DNA of 64,000 bases. Origin: Camelus dromedarius. Lineage: Eukaryota. The position numbers and the translations under genes were made by a program. Below the pieces are notes generated by a model. It did no database searches and was not told where the DNA came from. It saw only the letters and a program-made list of their open reading frames with translations. Shown here one piece after another: positions 11,866-24,955 of the stretch. Positions within the stretch are counted from its first letter, which is position 1, and each line of letters opens with the position of its first letter. The stretch spans positions 94,614,001 through 94,678,000 of the forward strand of contig NC_087472.1 of NCBI RefSeq assembly GCF_036321535.1, in the 5' to 3' direction.

Positions 11866-14800
11866 TAAAGGCACAGAATTGGAGACTGTAAGGTAGAGAA
11901 TCTAACAGAGAAGACCCTTTGAGTTCCAGAGTAGTTAGATGTGATGCCTTCTTTCCTACTCACGTCTACTTGGGAATTGAAAAAATGAATGGAAGAAATT
12001 AAGAATATGGGAGAAAAAGATGGGAGTAAAAGGGAAAAGGAAAGGTATTGGTAATAGTTCTTACATTCTCACAGGTTGAACAGATGAAAAGCCACTCTCA
12101 TACTTCCTCTTTCTCTCCACTCAAGCACTTAAATATTCTGTACTGCAACTCTGGGTTCATGGGCAGAGCATTTATTCATCATCTTAAGCAAATTTAGCTG
12201 GGAGAACTCCTTTGAAGTTCATGTTAGTCCTTCCAAAATTCAAGGGAAAAAAGTTTTTAAAAAGCCAGCAATCTATATTACAATGTATATATACTTATAT
12301 TAAAAAAAAATCACATAATGTAACTGTGTAGCTAATGGCTTCATCTGCGATTCCAGAATTGGCAATTGCATTGTGTGAATATTTAAGAGTAAGGCATTCT
12401 GCTAGCTCATGCCCAAAGTACATTAATCATTTCAGGATAGGATGTTGAAAATGGATTCAGACGTGATAGATTTAGGCATACGTTTCTAATGGATTATTCG
12501 ACCTAATCCTATTTAATATAATTCCTAAATATTGGTTGAATATGTCCACTCGCAGTGATTTTTAGACTCTTATCTACCTCTATCCAGCCCCACTCCCACC
12601 ACCCGCTGTTCCTAAATACCCACTCCACACAGTTCCAAATTCTTACCGTGGTGTACAAGAGCCACAGGGACCTTTCCAGTTTTATGTCCTGTCACTACAC
12701 ACTGTACACTTTACAGTGCTTGGAGTTCCTAATTTGTATCACCAGTAGTAAAGTACAGCTTTATTTTTTTGTAACGTGTGCCACCGAGCCTTACTCTCAT
12801 AAAATGCTCCACACAAACACACACACACACACACAAATAAAATAAATAAAAGGTTATGTATTTTTGAAAAAGAAAAAAGTCACCTATTACAGTTTTTCCT
12901 GTAAATTCAAACTGCGTATTAGCAAATAAAGTTTCTAAAAAGCTGAAACTAACATTATCCTGAAACGTTGACACTTGGAACTCTTAAGGACTCCTGAAGT
13001 CTAGGAAATACTAATTTAGCAGTGCCCCCACCCACAAAAAAAAAGTTACACATCAATATCTACATTGTCAAATGTCACAGAAAGCAAGTCTTCTCAAATT
13101 ACTTTAGAACGGATTATCAGAAGAAGTTATTTTATAGAGATCACAAATTACTCCAAAAGGGTAATTTTTTTTTTTTTACGTCTTTATGATACGCAAACAG
13201 GAGCTCATGGATTCAGTTAACATTTCTAGTAGGAACACCAAATACAAAGTCACACATGGGCTGTCTCAAATGACTTAGACTGAAGGCTGTGTGTTCTAGA
13301 ACAGTGTTAGGGGATGCAGAAGAGGGATCAAGGTAATGGGAGGACATTGATACTGGAACTGGCTTTGAAACATCTTAAGGAAATTATTTCATTAAATGTG
13401 AGTAGAATAGAGAAATATTTTAAAATATTCTATTATTTGTATATGAGACAGAAATATATGTAACTGAATTAATAAAATCAGAGATTATAGAGATATTTGA
13501 CCTTCTCCTCTATATCACCCTGAGGTTTTATGTTTAAATTGGCCAAAATATTTATATATGGATGTATACATGTGCACATGTGTGTGTCTAATGGTAATAA
13601 TGGGGGATAAATTTATATTTGCGCTTAGACAGTATACTTCAATATTCACTACCTTTGAGATGTCCTTTCTTAACTCTTTTCTCCTTTTCCTTGTCTCTCT
13701 GCCAGGATCTCTGGTTTTACATATCTGTATAAATACAGATACACGAAGTTTACATCTCTCTCCTCTCCCTATCCAGATGCTTAAGTTTTATGTGTATTGG
13801 GATTTATCCACTGCAGAACAAGCATGTCTCTCACTGGACTGTTTATTCCCACGGATTATTACAGCGTCAGGCATAATGCTCAGTGAATGTCTGTTAAATT
13901 AATTAATAGTATTACTTTCCAAATTAACTAATTGATTACCCTCAGATTTCACTTTTTTTTTAATTTCGTATCAGGTTGAGTGCTTACATGATTTATTCAG
14001 TAAGTCAGTTCACATGCTAAAGACTTTTGAAATTCCTAAGATGAAAGGAAGTATAGAACAGTCTTGTAGATGAAAATAATCATTTTATCCTACAAACTTT
14101 CACTAGTTCTTTTGATACATCCCAGTTTCAGAGAAATAATATCAGTGAGATTTTTTGATAGCAGGAAAACAGCATGTGAAAAATATTAAAAAATTTTTTT
14201 TATTTCTATGAAAATATTTTTGTCACAAACTCAGTTTTCTTTGTGTGCCTATTATATTCTTTCAGATTCTCAATAGGAATCATGTGGCACCACTGCTGAA
14301 AACTTGCAAATTTATTGTTCTCTATTATTAAATTAGTACATTTCAGAATAATTAATTACTAAAACCTTATAGCCCTTTCACTTTGTCAGTTTATACATTA
14401 TAAAGGTTACGATTAAGATTTGAGCAAGTGTAACAAAAATATTTAAAAAAAGATATGAGCATGTGGAAAGAGCTATAGTAAGTGTACTAACCAGTAATTT
14501 ATGTTATTTATGAGCTTGATTCAGGGATTGAATTTAGTGACTATAAAAGGGAAAATAAAGCTTCAGAGAAATATTGTAAATGGTCTGCTCTTAGTCTGTA
14601 TAAATCAGCCAGGTATAAAGCATTATAAATATTTAAGCTTTTGTAATATAACCCGCTCTATTAGCTAAAAACACAGTCATAAAATTGAATGTTTTCTTGA
14701 ATTCAAATAAGAAATCTAGTAAGAAATTTACAATTCTTTGGGTAAATTGGGAAAGCAAATAACAAAGCAATTTCCATAAATTTCACCATTAAAAGATACC

Positions 14801-16609
14801 ATATTTTTCATTTTACAAAAGATATAATTTTATTGCTTAAGCATAACTTGCTGGATTTTAAATGTCTTTACTGACTAATATTTTTCATAACCTTAGGACC
14901 TTCGCCTCAGATCTTCACAGTATTTTATTTCAGCTCATCAGTAACACTATAGTCATCTAATACTTGAAAGTATTTCTTTACCAATAACTAATTCATGCTT
15001 TAACTTAGATTGTTAGATTCTCTTGAAAATAATAACTGAAAATAATTAGTATTCATAACCCTTAGCTAAGAGTCAGGAAATAAATAAAGACACTGAGGTT
15101 TCCATCAGAATTTAATTAAATTTAGCGAGTTATGGTGCTTCTCAGCATATAAAAGAGTTGACAAATCTCATCTTAATTACTTCCTCTCTCCCCTCCATGT
15201 TGATTCGATCCTTTGTTACAAAACCACGTTTCCAAGTATCAGTCATTAAGTTCTGACATAAATTTATTAAAATTTGTATTCTAATATTTCATCTTGCTAC
15301 TTGTGCAGAAGAATGGTGGCGTAGGAGGGGATCACTCCTTTGTCCCTCACTTTTCTGAAATTGTATCATGATATTCTTTTGCAAAGTTATCTTTTTGTGT
15401 ATTACACAGCCCACATTTAATACGTTGCCTTTTCACCTGGTCTCTGTTCTTCCAAAAACAAAACAAAACAATACTGTTTTACCAACAGATTATAGGATCA
15501 ACTTCCTTAGACACATTCAATTGACATCTGTGACATTGTGAAGAAAGAAAAAAAAAAAACGTGTTCCGCAATTACATGTTAATAAGCTCTTAGTGTTTCT
15601 TTTCTGTTTGTGTAGAGTAGGCTTAAAATTGTAGATATCTAGGTGAAGACCGGGTCTCTAGTGTTCAATAGTGCAGCAGCTCCCCCTATGGGAAGGAGAC
15701 TTGGAACTGCATATTCATCTGCTAATCCAGGAAAGGCAAAGCAGTTTGGGGGTTTATTTTTCCCCCCAAGCACCTTAAGTTCTGGATCACTTTATTCAGT
15801 TACGCATGGATTTATTTTTTAGCCGTGTGTATCTTTAAAGTTATTTTCCTTTTAAAGTGGATGGAGGGAGGGAGAGAGAATGAGAATAGTGTGAGTGGAC
15901 TGATGCCAGAAGCTTTTAAGAAATATTTATATATAGTCTATAATAAGAGAAATCTAAATAAAAAGTAATATCTATAAAATATATTCTTTTTCACTTGTTT
16001 CTGTCGTGTTTTCTTTCATTAGTCAAAATTATATGTAAGTGTATGTGGACAATGGGCAGGCTACAACTTCATGTACATATATGTTGACAGTCTAAGAAAT
16101 TACTATAAATATAGTAATACTGGATACAGATTAGTGCAAAGCTCTTATGCTGGATTTAGATATCACAGTATTTTTGATAAATATTTCTTCTATATTTTAG
16201 ATCAATTAGAAAATAGAATTGTGAATTAGAGAAAGTTTTACATTAACACAAATAACCACGTTTAGAAATGCAATATTACATCTCTAGCTTACATACATAA
16301 GGTGAACATGAGGTTGCAGCTAAATAATAATTTTATTGGAAAAAATTAATCATGTAATTAGCATGTGTTTCTTATTTGACATTATGGCAGTAAAATATGA
16401 CATTTATTTCCCCATATGAGCCAGTCATTCTGAAATCTTGCATGATAATTTTACTGTCTTGGTAAGTAGTGTAAAAGCCCAGCTCAGTTCAGTACAGCAG
16501 AGTTGAAATTATCATTAATTTCTATTGACTGTGGCTGTAATGAATGCGGATTGTTGTGTAATAATACTATGTTATATTCCTGAGTAATTGTACTTGATCA
16601 CATAAACAA

Positions 16610-16755
16610 GGGGAGAGGGTACAGCTCAGTGGTAGAGTGCTTGCTGAACATGCACGAGGTCCTGGGTTCTATCCCCAGTACCTCCATTAAAAATAATAAC
16701 AATAAATAAATAAATGAACCTAATTACTCCACCCCTCCAAAAAAAAAAAAGAAAA
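16610..16755 (+). mobile_element. tRNA-derived SINE, camelid vic-1-like
   Basis: Pol III A-box (cagctcagtggtaga) and B-box (ggttctatccc), then an AT-rich tail, the aacctaattactcc motif and poly-A. Confidence 0.9.
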
Positions 16756-17549
16756 ACAAAATATTTCATTAAAAAATACTAGTAACCTGAATTCAGCCTC
16801 TTAACCTAGTCCACGTGCCTTACAAGTATCTATGCAGGATTTCATTTCAGAATTGCCTCAGTTCAGGTACCAATTATTCACTTTTTCCTTATAATAAGTA
16901 CAGTGATGATGAGTTAGTCCCACCTCCATTTGAGTATGTGGTTCAAATGAAGTTGGTATAAAAATTATAAATGCCTGAATTGATGTCATTTTTCCTTCAT
17001 GTGTCTGTGTCATGGTCACTGCCCTGTATTGGCAAACATCTATGGCAGAAATAAGCTATGGAAAGGCAGTGTATAGTATCTAGGATTGTTTTTCCAACTT
17101 GTTCTCTTAATTGTGTGTGTGTGTGTGTGTAGATATGAATTAACAGATATTTCTTTGTGGACAAATATGTTAACCTCTGGAAAACCCTTTTGGATAGGCT
17201 TTGCTAAGAGAGACAATGGAATGATACTTCAAATTATACAAGACTCTATAAAGCACTTCTGCCAGGGTAACACTAGGGACAGCAGAGGATGACCATGTTC
17301 CCCCTGAAGCAGTGGGTCATTACACATACAAACTCACCACCAGATTGGAATATTTTTCATGTCTCATGTCTAGTCAAAAAGACTTTACATTCTATTCAGT
17401 AATGTATCTGTAGATGTTAATTTAAAAGGTATTATTTTTAATTACATTATTTGATTTTCTTTCCCCAAGATTTCAAGTAGAATGAACATTCACAGAAGAT
17501 GCATTACCCTTATCTTGGGCTTTGTGTTCACTTGGCAGTCTCTGAGATG

Positions 17550-17744
17550 TATCTACTATATATAAAATAAACAGCAAGTTTCTTCTCTATAGCACAGGGA
17601 ACTGTATGCAATATCTTGTAGTAACCTATAATGAAAAAATATGAAAATGAATATATGTATGTATATGTATGACTGAAACATTATGCTGTACACCAGAAAT
17701 TGACACATTGTAAACTGACTATACCTCAATTAAGGAAAAAAAAA
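17550..17744 (+). mobile_element. Short lineage-specific L1 3' end
   Basis: tatagcacagggaactg...acaccagaaattgacacattgtaaactgactatacctcaat followed by an A-tail. Reverse complement of the 8338 and 9057 elements. Confidence 0.85.
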
Positions 17745-19039
17745 GTAGAAACAGGGGACAAGAGTCTTCTATTAAACTGCTTCCATTGCAAAACAATGGC
17801 AAAGAGTTCTCTTGCTAGATTTCAGAAAAACCTTTACTGAAAGTACCATTTTGATCCAAAGCAATGTGACCATTTAGATAATTCTATCTTTACCATGCAC
17901 ACCAGCTAGGTCTTCAGAGGTATATGAATATGATACGGATGTTTCCATTTAAAGAGACAGTCAAAATCACTCTTAATGCAAATACTGAAACAGTGCTGAT
18001 ATTAATAAAATCATCAAGTCAATCAGATATTCTCAAGGTTTCTTGTAATGTTTCAAATGTTAAAAATAATGATTGCATCATTTTGGTAACACCCCCACCA
18101 CCAGTCATACAGCTATTACTTGACTTGATGTCATTATTAATGACATTTTAATTAGGTAATAGACTCAGGTCTTTTCCTCACCTAAGCTAAACAGCATGAA
18201 TAAAAGGAAGATGAGATAATTGTAGGAAATGTAGACTCCAAGAACTATTCTGCAGTGATGCAGGAACAAAGACAGGATGTGTTTTGCCAACCAGAATTAA
18301 ATGGTCATGTCTTTAGAAGTGCAAACTAGGAGTAAGATGGGCAACTTGGAAACTTTCCACATTTTCTCAAAACAGGCTATTTTAACCAAGATTTTTAGTC
18401 AAGTAAACACGAAACAAATTAAATACCCGGAGAAAGCAATTAAAGAAAGCACATGTAAATAAACCAGGCAGTAACTTGGATTTAAAAGCAACGACAAGTC
18501 AAGTATCCATTCCCCAAAGCATGCAGTTCCACAGATGGGGATAATAGTAGGAAAGGGACTAAGACCAGAGTGAAGCAATTTGAACATATGGCATTCTTCA
18601 AGGTTCATATGAATTGGAGAGCAGGGAGCATTTGGACTGTAAAGGAGACTAACAGATCACCAACATAATTGGCTGGCTAATGGGACATCTTTGAACATAG
18701 GAGCTGTGATCGTTATGCCTACAGGATATTATGCATGACAAACAAATAATTCTGTAATGCCCAGAGATGGCTGTTCCCTTTTTCTAGAAGAAGATAGAGG
18801 AAGTCCCTGGAAGCTCTTGTACTAGAAGACATTATCATTCAGTGCTGAGAGATAGTGTCACAGCAGACATCCCCTTCTGGTGACTGGACACTACCAGAAA
18901 GAAGATTGTGAACAGAAGGAAGCTTGTGAGTTATCAGAAAGGAGACTGGGATATATATACAATATATATATTTTGGTTTACTCCACATGTTGCAACTGTG
19001 GATGGAGGCCAAGGTAGCGGCTGTTGACCATCTCCTCTG

Positions 19040-19240
19040 TGCTTAGTCCTCTTGGCATAGGCATCTCACTTAAGCTTGAAAGTATCCTTACAGTGGAGAT
19101 ATTATTACTGCAATTTTGTAGGTTAAAACAGCTGAGATTTAGAGAGAAATTAATTTATCTTAGGATTTTCACCTAATAAGTGTGAAAACTTAGGTTTGAC
19201 TCAAAACCATCTGTCTCCCAAGCCTGCCCTCTTTCCTCTA
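19040..19240 (-). mobile_element. MIR relic
   Basis: gagatattattactgcaattttgtaggttaaaacagctgagatttagagag, a degenerate MIR core. Confidence 0.55.
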
Positions 19241-19705
19241 CATCCTTTTCCTTAACAAGTAAAATTTGGGGGGCTACCCATGATCACATACTAGTCATAT
19301 GCAGGTGACCTTTATCTTACAATGTTCTTTTTCACCAAGATGAAACATGGCCTTAGGAGCCCTCTCTTAGGTGTGCCCAAAAGTCACTACTGCTGGAATT
19401 GACAGTTTTAGCTACATGAACTTAATTTCTCAAGTAGAGAGAAAGCAGTACTCCAACCTTGAAAATAGAAGTTTTCAGACGATGTGTGGTTTTAAAGGGG
19501 GGAAAAAAAAACTTAGGCACTAGACTGTTTAAAAGTGTAGTTTCTTCTGGTTTCTTTTATGTTAAATGTTTGCTTCTTATTTATTAGAATTCAGTTGGTA
19601 TTCAGTAGGGCTTTTATTTTCTTTCAAACTTGCATGTAACTGTTTTGCGATTCCTTGGTTATAAGATTGGTGTCAAATCACCATATTGGCTTAGGGCGAT
19701 ACTCC

Positions 19706-19960
19706 ACTCAGAGACAAATTACCGTGAAGGTGGTAAACCTAAAGCTTCTGAGACGGTCACTTACAGGGACCTCTCTGTAGGTCCTGGGTTTTTTGATGTG
19801 TTATGTGGGAGCTTTTGTAAATGTGAAATTTTTTATTCCCTTTCTCATCCTAAAGATTAACGTTTATACTTAAGTTTGTACTTGTGACTGGAGATATATT
19901 TTCATAAATGAGGACTCCCCAAATTGTGTAAGCCTCCGGCCCTACAAAATCTGGGTGCCC
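19706..19960. mobile_element. Old hAT-type non-autonomous DNA transposon (MER53-like right end)
   Basis: The right end ccccaaattgtgtaagcctccggccctacaaaatctgg resembles the MER53-type terminus (recall). Confidence 0.45.
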
Positions 19961-20035
19961 TTTCCTCCTCTAGCAATCATACAGTGGTTATCTTAACATG
20001 GCCTTGATTTATTTGAAAAGCTCAGTTTCTATGTT

Positions 20036-20188
20036 GCTTTTTATTTATTTATTATTTATTTATTTATTTTGTTGAGGGGGAGGTAATCAGGCTTATTTAT
20101 TTATTTTTAATGGCAGTCCTGGGGATCGAACCCAGGACCTCATGCATGCTAGGTGTGCACTCTACCACTGAGCTATTTACCCTCCCCC
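20036..20188 (-). mobile_element. tRNA-derived SINE, vic-1-like
   Basis: Reverse-complement A and B boxes (ggggatcgaacccagg; ctctaccactgagcta). 13-bp TSD CAGTTTCT(A/G)TGTT at 20023-20035 and 20189-20201. Confidence 0.92.
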
Positions 20189-20509
20189 CAGTTTCTGTGT
20201 TTTTTGTATCTTTTGTCCATTTAAAATTTGTGATGTCAGGTAAGAAAATTTTTGTTATACCATGGCAGCTAGAATTCTTTTGGGGTGTGCTGTGCATTCA
20301 TTTTTGTTAACTATGATTGAGACAATATAAATATTAAAGGAAACATTGCTCCTTTTTTTGACAGTATAATGAAAAGATTAGGAGGATCAAGACATACTAT
20401 GTAAAATACTGAGAGGACGTGATAAAACATACTCTCACTCCTAGCTATACTTATTGGCTTGAGATTACGTATTTGTTTGTAGATTTTACTTGCTTGTTTT
20501 TAATTTTCT

Positions 20510-20655
20510 TCATGAATATAAAAGCCCTATGGGGAGAGGGAACACTGCCCACTTGTTTTCCAGAGGATCTCCACCACTTAGAAAAGGGCCTGGCACATGG
20601 GGAATGGGAAATAAATATTTGATGAATGAATGACTGACTGAATAAATGAATGACA
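20510..20655 (+). mobile_element. L2 3' end relic
   Basis: agggcctggcacatgggg...aataaatatttgatgaatgaatga, the diagnostic L2 3' terminus. Confidence 0.7.
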
Positions 20656-22524
20656 TGTGCTAAGAATCTCAGAATATACTGATAAGTAGAAGGCATCGCT
20701 AAAAAAAGACCCGACCGATCAAGCTGAGTCTTTCAGAAGTATTCAGGCATTCACAAAATTATACTAATTTTTACTCAACGTTCATCATTTCTATACACCA
20801 AGTTTCAGCCAGATGTTATTTAAAGTATCTGAATTATAGACCCTTGAAAGCTGGGGTTTGTAATGGAAATGCTGACAGCCACTTAACCAGATAATGGCAC
20901 TAGTTCACTTGCTGTGTATATATAGTGTCACTGCTAATATGGCTGTGCCATCTGTTCTATCTGAAACTTGCAAAGATCTGAGCTTCCAGCTACTGGTTTA
21001 AAAAAAAAAAAAAAAACCCTGCTAGATAAATCGGACCCTAAAAGGTGAAATAACGAAATGACACTTTAATGCTTTAATGACATGGCTTTGGTGACTACCT
21101 AAGCGCAAATAGTGCGCCATGAGAGTGATGATTAGAAACACGGCATGTCACCTTGAAACCCATCAGGCATTTCTGTTTACAATTCTGTTCCTTCTAGGCA
21201 AGGCAGGAGAACACTCTGCACTCCTTATGATTTTTTTAACAGCCTAATAATAGTGCAGGTGTGTGGTCAGCAAGGTATGGGGAAAATATGTCTTTTAAGA
21301 GCCTAATGGCTGTGCCACTGCTGACTCTTAACTTGAAGAGAAAGGTCAGAGAAGCTCCAGATGGCCATCACGATCACTGCAGCAAGGGCTTTCCCTAATT
21401 ACTGACACATGAAAAGTGTCCCCCTGCCCGAGAAGGCTTTACAGGCACCAGAAATTAGCTCTTAACACCTGCGCTACCAGGGGCCAGCAGCCTGAGGGGG
21501 GCGCTCCCTTATGCCTTACGGCTGAGTGCCTTGGAGCCATTAATTCACCCTCCCAAGCTCCTAGCTGTTTGGGAACAGAAAAATCATGACAAAGATACCG
21601 ACTGGAAAACCTCAGCGGTCCCAAGGTAAGAACCGCCATTCCCTTACAATAGCTGTTGAGTGTCAGGTGGACACAGGCTGCTTTGTTACAGTAGCATTGT
21701 CCATCCGATTGAGCTGACTGATACATGTCGCCATAGATGGGAAGGCCATTTTCAGGGAGCTCTCCTAGTGCTCTCCTCACAGCCTGCGTATACTTTCCTG
21801 GACAGCCTAACCTTGGTCCTCTCCACTTGCTGCTACCGGCTTCTACTCTGTGCTTGGACTGCATGGTTTTCACAATTTCTTAAGAACCCCTATCGTGTCT
21901 AGTGTCTTTTCTTCTCCCTTCCCTTTCATTAATTTCTCAGTTTCCAGGTCTTCACTCTGAAAATTGCTCAGTGGAGCTCCTGGAAGGGCAGATAAGGACA
22001 GAAGCAAACAGATGAGGGAGGAGTTCACAATTTTGAATAACATGTGCCATTTCTGAACATTTTTTTATGATTCTAGAAATGCTTATGACACTTAAAACAC
22101 TTTTTATAGCATACTCATATCTGCGGTAGAAATGGGGAAAAAGTATCAAATGTGATAGACAATGTGAATAGAAGTACAGATGAAGGTGTAGCACCTATGT
22201 TTCAATAAAAATTTTAAAACTAAATTGATACAGGGAGAAGAGATATTTCTGAAGGAAAAAATGTAGGAAATATGTTGTCTTCATTAAGTCATTCATTCAT
22301 CACATATTTTATAGTTACCACATGCTAGTTTGTGTTCTAAGTGATGGAGATACTTTGGATAAGTTTTTTTCCTCTTAATTAGGCTTATATATTTGTGAAG
22401 AAGATAGAAAATCAACAAGTAAATATACAAATAAAGCTCAAGCAAGTTTATACAGTGGAAGATTAGGATATGTTTCATAAAGTATTCTCAGTATTTTAAA
22501 AAGTGTTTCTTGATCCCTTTAATC

Positions 22525-22651
22525 CTTTTTTAAAAAAATTTTTTGGAGGGAGGTAATGTATTTATTTATTGTATGGAAGTACTGGAGATTGAACCCAGGA
22601 CCTCATGCCTGCTAGGCATGCACTCTACTGCAGAGGTAAACCCTCCATGCC
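22525..22651 (-). mobile_element. tRNA-derived SINE, vic-1-like (more diverged)
   Basis: ggagattgaacccaggacctcatgcctgctaggcatgcactctact. 16-bp TSD CTTGATCCYTYTAATC at 22509-22524 and 22652-22667. Confidence 0.88.
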
Positions 22652-22784
22652 CTTGATCCTTCTAATCTTATTTTCATCCCAATGTCAAATGAAATTTACC
22701 TAATTAAGTGAAATCAGCAACATCCGGTCATGAAAAAGTATTTGGCAAAGTGTTGTGCTATTCTAGAAAAACTACAGTTTGGAG

Positions 22785-23700
22785 AGTGTGTAATTGGTAT
22801 TCAATTCCTGGTTTACCACTACTTGTGTAACTGTGGGCAAGTAACCTCACTTCTATGATCAGTTTTGTCCCCTGTGAAATGATGCTACTAATAGTCCCTA
22901 CTGTGGGTTATTAAAAGTTAATGAAGCACAACATGATAAATAGTTAACACTTGCTGCCTGCTATATATGAAAGATGTTAAGAGAGTAAATCCTAAGAATT
23001 TTCATCACAAGGAAAAATATTTTTGTATCTGCATGAGATGATGGTCAGTAAACTTACTGTGATAATCATTTCATGATGTATGTGTCACCGAGTGAAGGGC
23101 TTGCTGCCCAAAGTGCACAAAGCCAGTGCTAAGGCACCTGCTTTTGAGAGAAGAAAAAGCTTTCATGCAAGGTTGAGCGGCAAGGAGATGGGAGGGCATG
23201 GCTCCAATTTGTTTCTCTGATCTGCGGTTCGGTCAAACTTTTTATGAGTTAGTGGAGGAGGGTTGGTATTTGGAAGCACTTTCAATGGGAGGGCTTTGGA
23301 ACTTGGCCATTTATGGTGAGGTATGGGGAAGGGGTTTCAGCGTGGAATCTTCCTGGACCATGAACCCTTTGCTTCTGAAAGGGTTCCACGTGTTGTTTGA
23401 GGTCAGAGTTTTCTCCTCTGTGCCTGCTTCGGTTGCATGACTTGCAGTTTTGTTCTGTTGTCTCTGAAAAACAACTGAGTTGTGAGAAACAGGATAGGGC
23501 CAGTTTCGGGCTGGTTCTGAGGTTACAAATGTGAGTCCAATCATTATTCTGTACACATTAAACTTACACAGTGCTGCATGTCAGTTATATCTCAGTAAAA
23601 CTGAAGGGGAAATAGATTAAAAATAAAAAACAGGTGAATGAAGTCAGGTACGTATAGGCTTCAGAAAAGTGTCTGTCACAGAGCAAGCACTTAGTAAGTA
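22785..23700 (+). mobile_element. MIR relic split by an L1 3' end (~22960-23620)
   Basis: MIR core (ttcaattcctgg...gtgtaactgtgggcaagtaacctcacttct) at ~22800-22950 and MIR tail (gtctgtcacagagcaagcacttagtaa) at ~23670-23700. An L1 3' UTR (taagagagtaaatcctaag...aaacttacacagtgctgcatgtcagttatatctcagtaaa) lies between them. Confidence 0.65.
23083..23527 (-). mobile_element. Solo ERV1-type LTR nested in the L1 3' end
   Basis: TG...CA ends, near-TSD TATG/AATG (23079-23082 and 23528-23531). The host L1 sequence resumes on the other side. Confidence 0.75.
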
Positions 23701-24289
23701 AGACTTAGATATCTTTTGTTGTAGTTTAAATTTACAAATAAAACAGCCTTAGCTTCAAAAACCTTCACAAGAAATGGTTATTAAATAACTACCAAAGCTT
23801 TTTTCTCCTATATTAATAATTAGGTTTAGGAATAGAATAACTTGAGGTCAAAACTTCCTGCCTCAGCGACTGCCATGCCGCAGTGAAGCTGACACCCACT
23901 GGCACAGACTAGCAAAGACTGCGGACTTTCTGCTCAAGCTCTCTCTTGTTTTTCTGACAGGAGTCGGCCCCCTGCTAACACCTGAACTGCAATCTAGAGG
24001 AATAATCGTACCAAAAGATCTGTAAAAGGAATTTCTGGCTTATAATGCAGTGGCTCATCAACCTTGACTTTGACTTTGAAATTCCTGATGGCCAAACATA
24101 ATGGACTTTCATATTTGAAAATACACCAATTTGGAGGGAGGGGGTGGACTATTCCTTATTTTCACAATTTGAAATTCCACCTTTGCTGACTTTTTAGTTG
24201 CCGATTTAATCTGACAGCTGTTGGCTCTGTTATCAGAGAAAGTGTTCTTACAAACATTAAACATGAGATAACCTTTGAACAAAATGTTT

Positions 24290-24955
24290 TTTTAAAGTAT
24301 ACTTGGTTTACAATGTTTTGTTAGTTTCTGGTGTACAGCATAGTGATTGAGTTATAAACACATTCTTTTGACAAAATTTTAAGTGCACAATACAATGCTG
24401 TTAACCATATGCACTGTGCTGGACAGCAGATTTCTAGAACATATTCCTCTTGTGTAACTGAAACATTATACCAGTTAAACAGTGGCTCCCCATTTCCCCC
24501 TCCTCCCTGCCCCTGGCAACCATCAGTCTACTCTGTTTCTGTGAGTGTGACCGTGTATTTTAGATTCCTCATGTAAGTAGAATCATGCAGTATTTATCCT
24601 TCAGTGTCTGTCTTAGTTCACTTAGCATAATGCCCTCTAGGTCTATCCATGTTGTCACAAATGGTAGGATTTTCTTGTTTTTGAAATGTTGAGTAATAGT
24701 CCATTGTATTTATATACCACATTGTCTTCACCCATTCATCCACTGATAGACATTTAAGGTTGTTTCTACCTCTTGGCTATTGTGAATAATGGTGCCATGA
24801 ATCTGATCTAGACTTAAATTCTTTGGGATATACACCCAGAAGTAGGACCCCTGGAGCATATGGTAGACCTATTTTTAACTTTTTGAGGACATTCTATACT
24901 ATCTTGCATGGTGACTGTACCAGTTTACATTCCCACCAACGGTGTGCGAAGATCC
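24290..24955 (-). mobile_element. L1 3' UTR and ORF2-end fragments
   Basis: tttacaatgttttgttagtttctggtgtacagcatag; ccctggcaaccatcagtctactctgtttctgtgag; cagtttacattcccaccaac. Confidence 0.85.

Noticed and set aside
16610..16690. Functional tRNA genes (also at 20110-20188, 22580-22651 and 31920-31992)
   Set aside because: They carry SINE tails, poly-A and, in two cases, clear TSDs, and they differ from each other at many positions.
21439..21873. 144-aa minus-strand ORF
   Set aside because: Non-ATG start and no recognisable protein features. An open frame of this length can occur by chance in a GC-richer patch.
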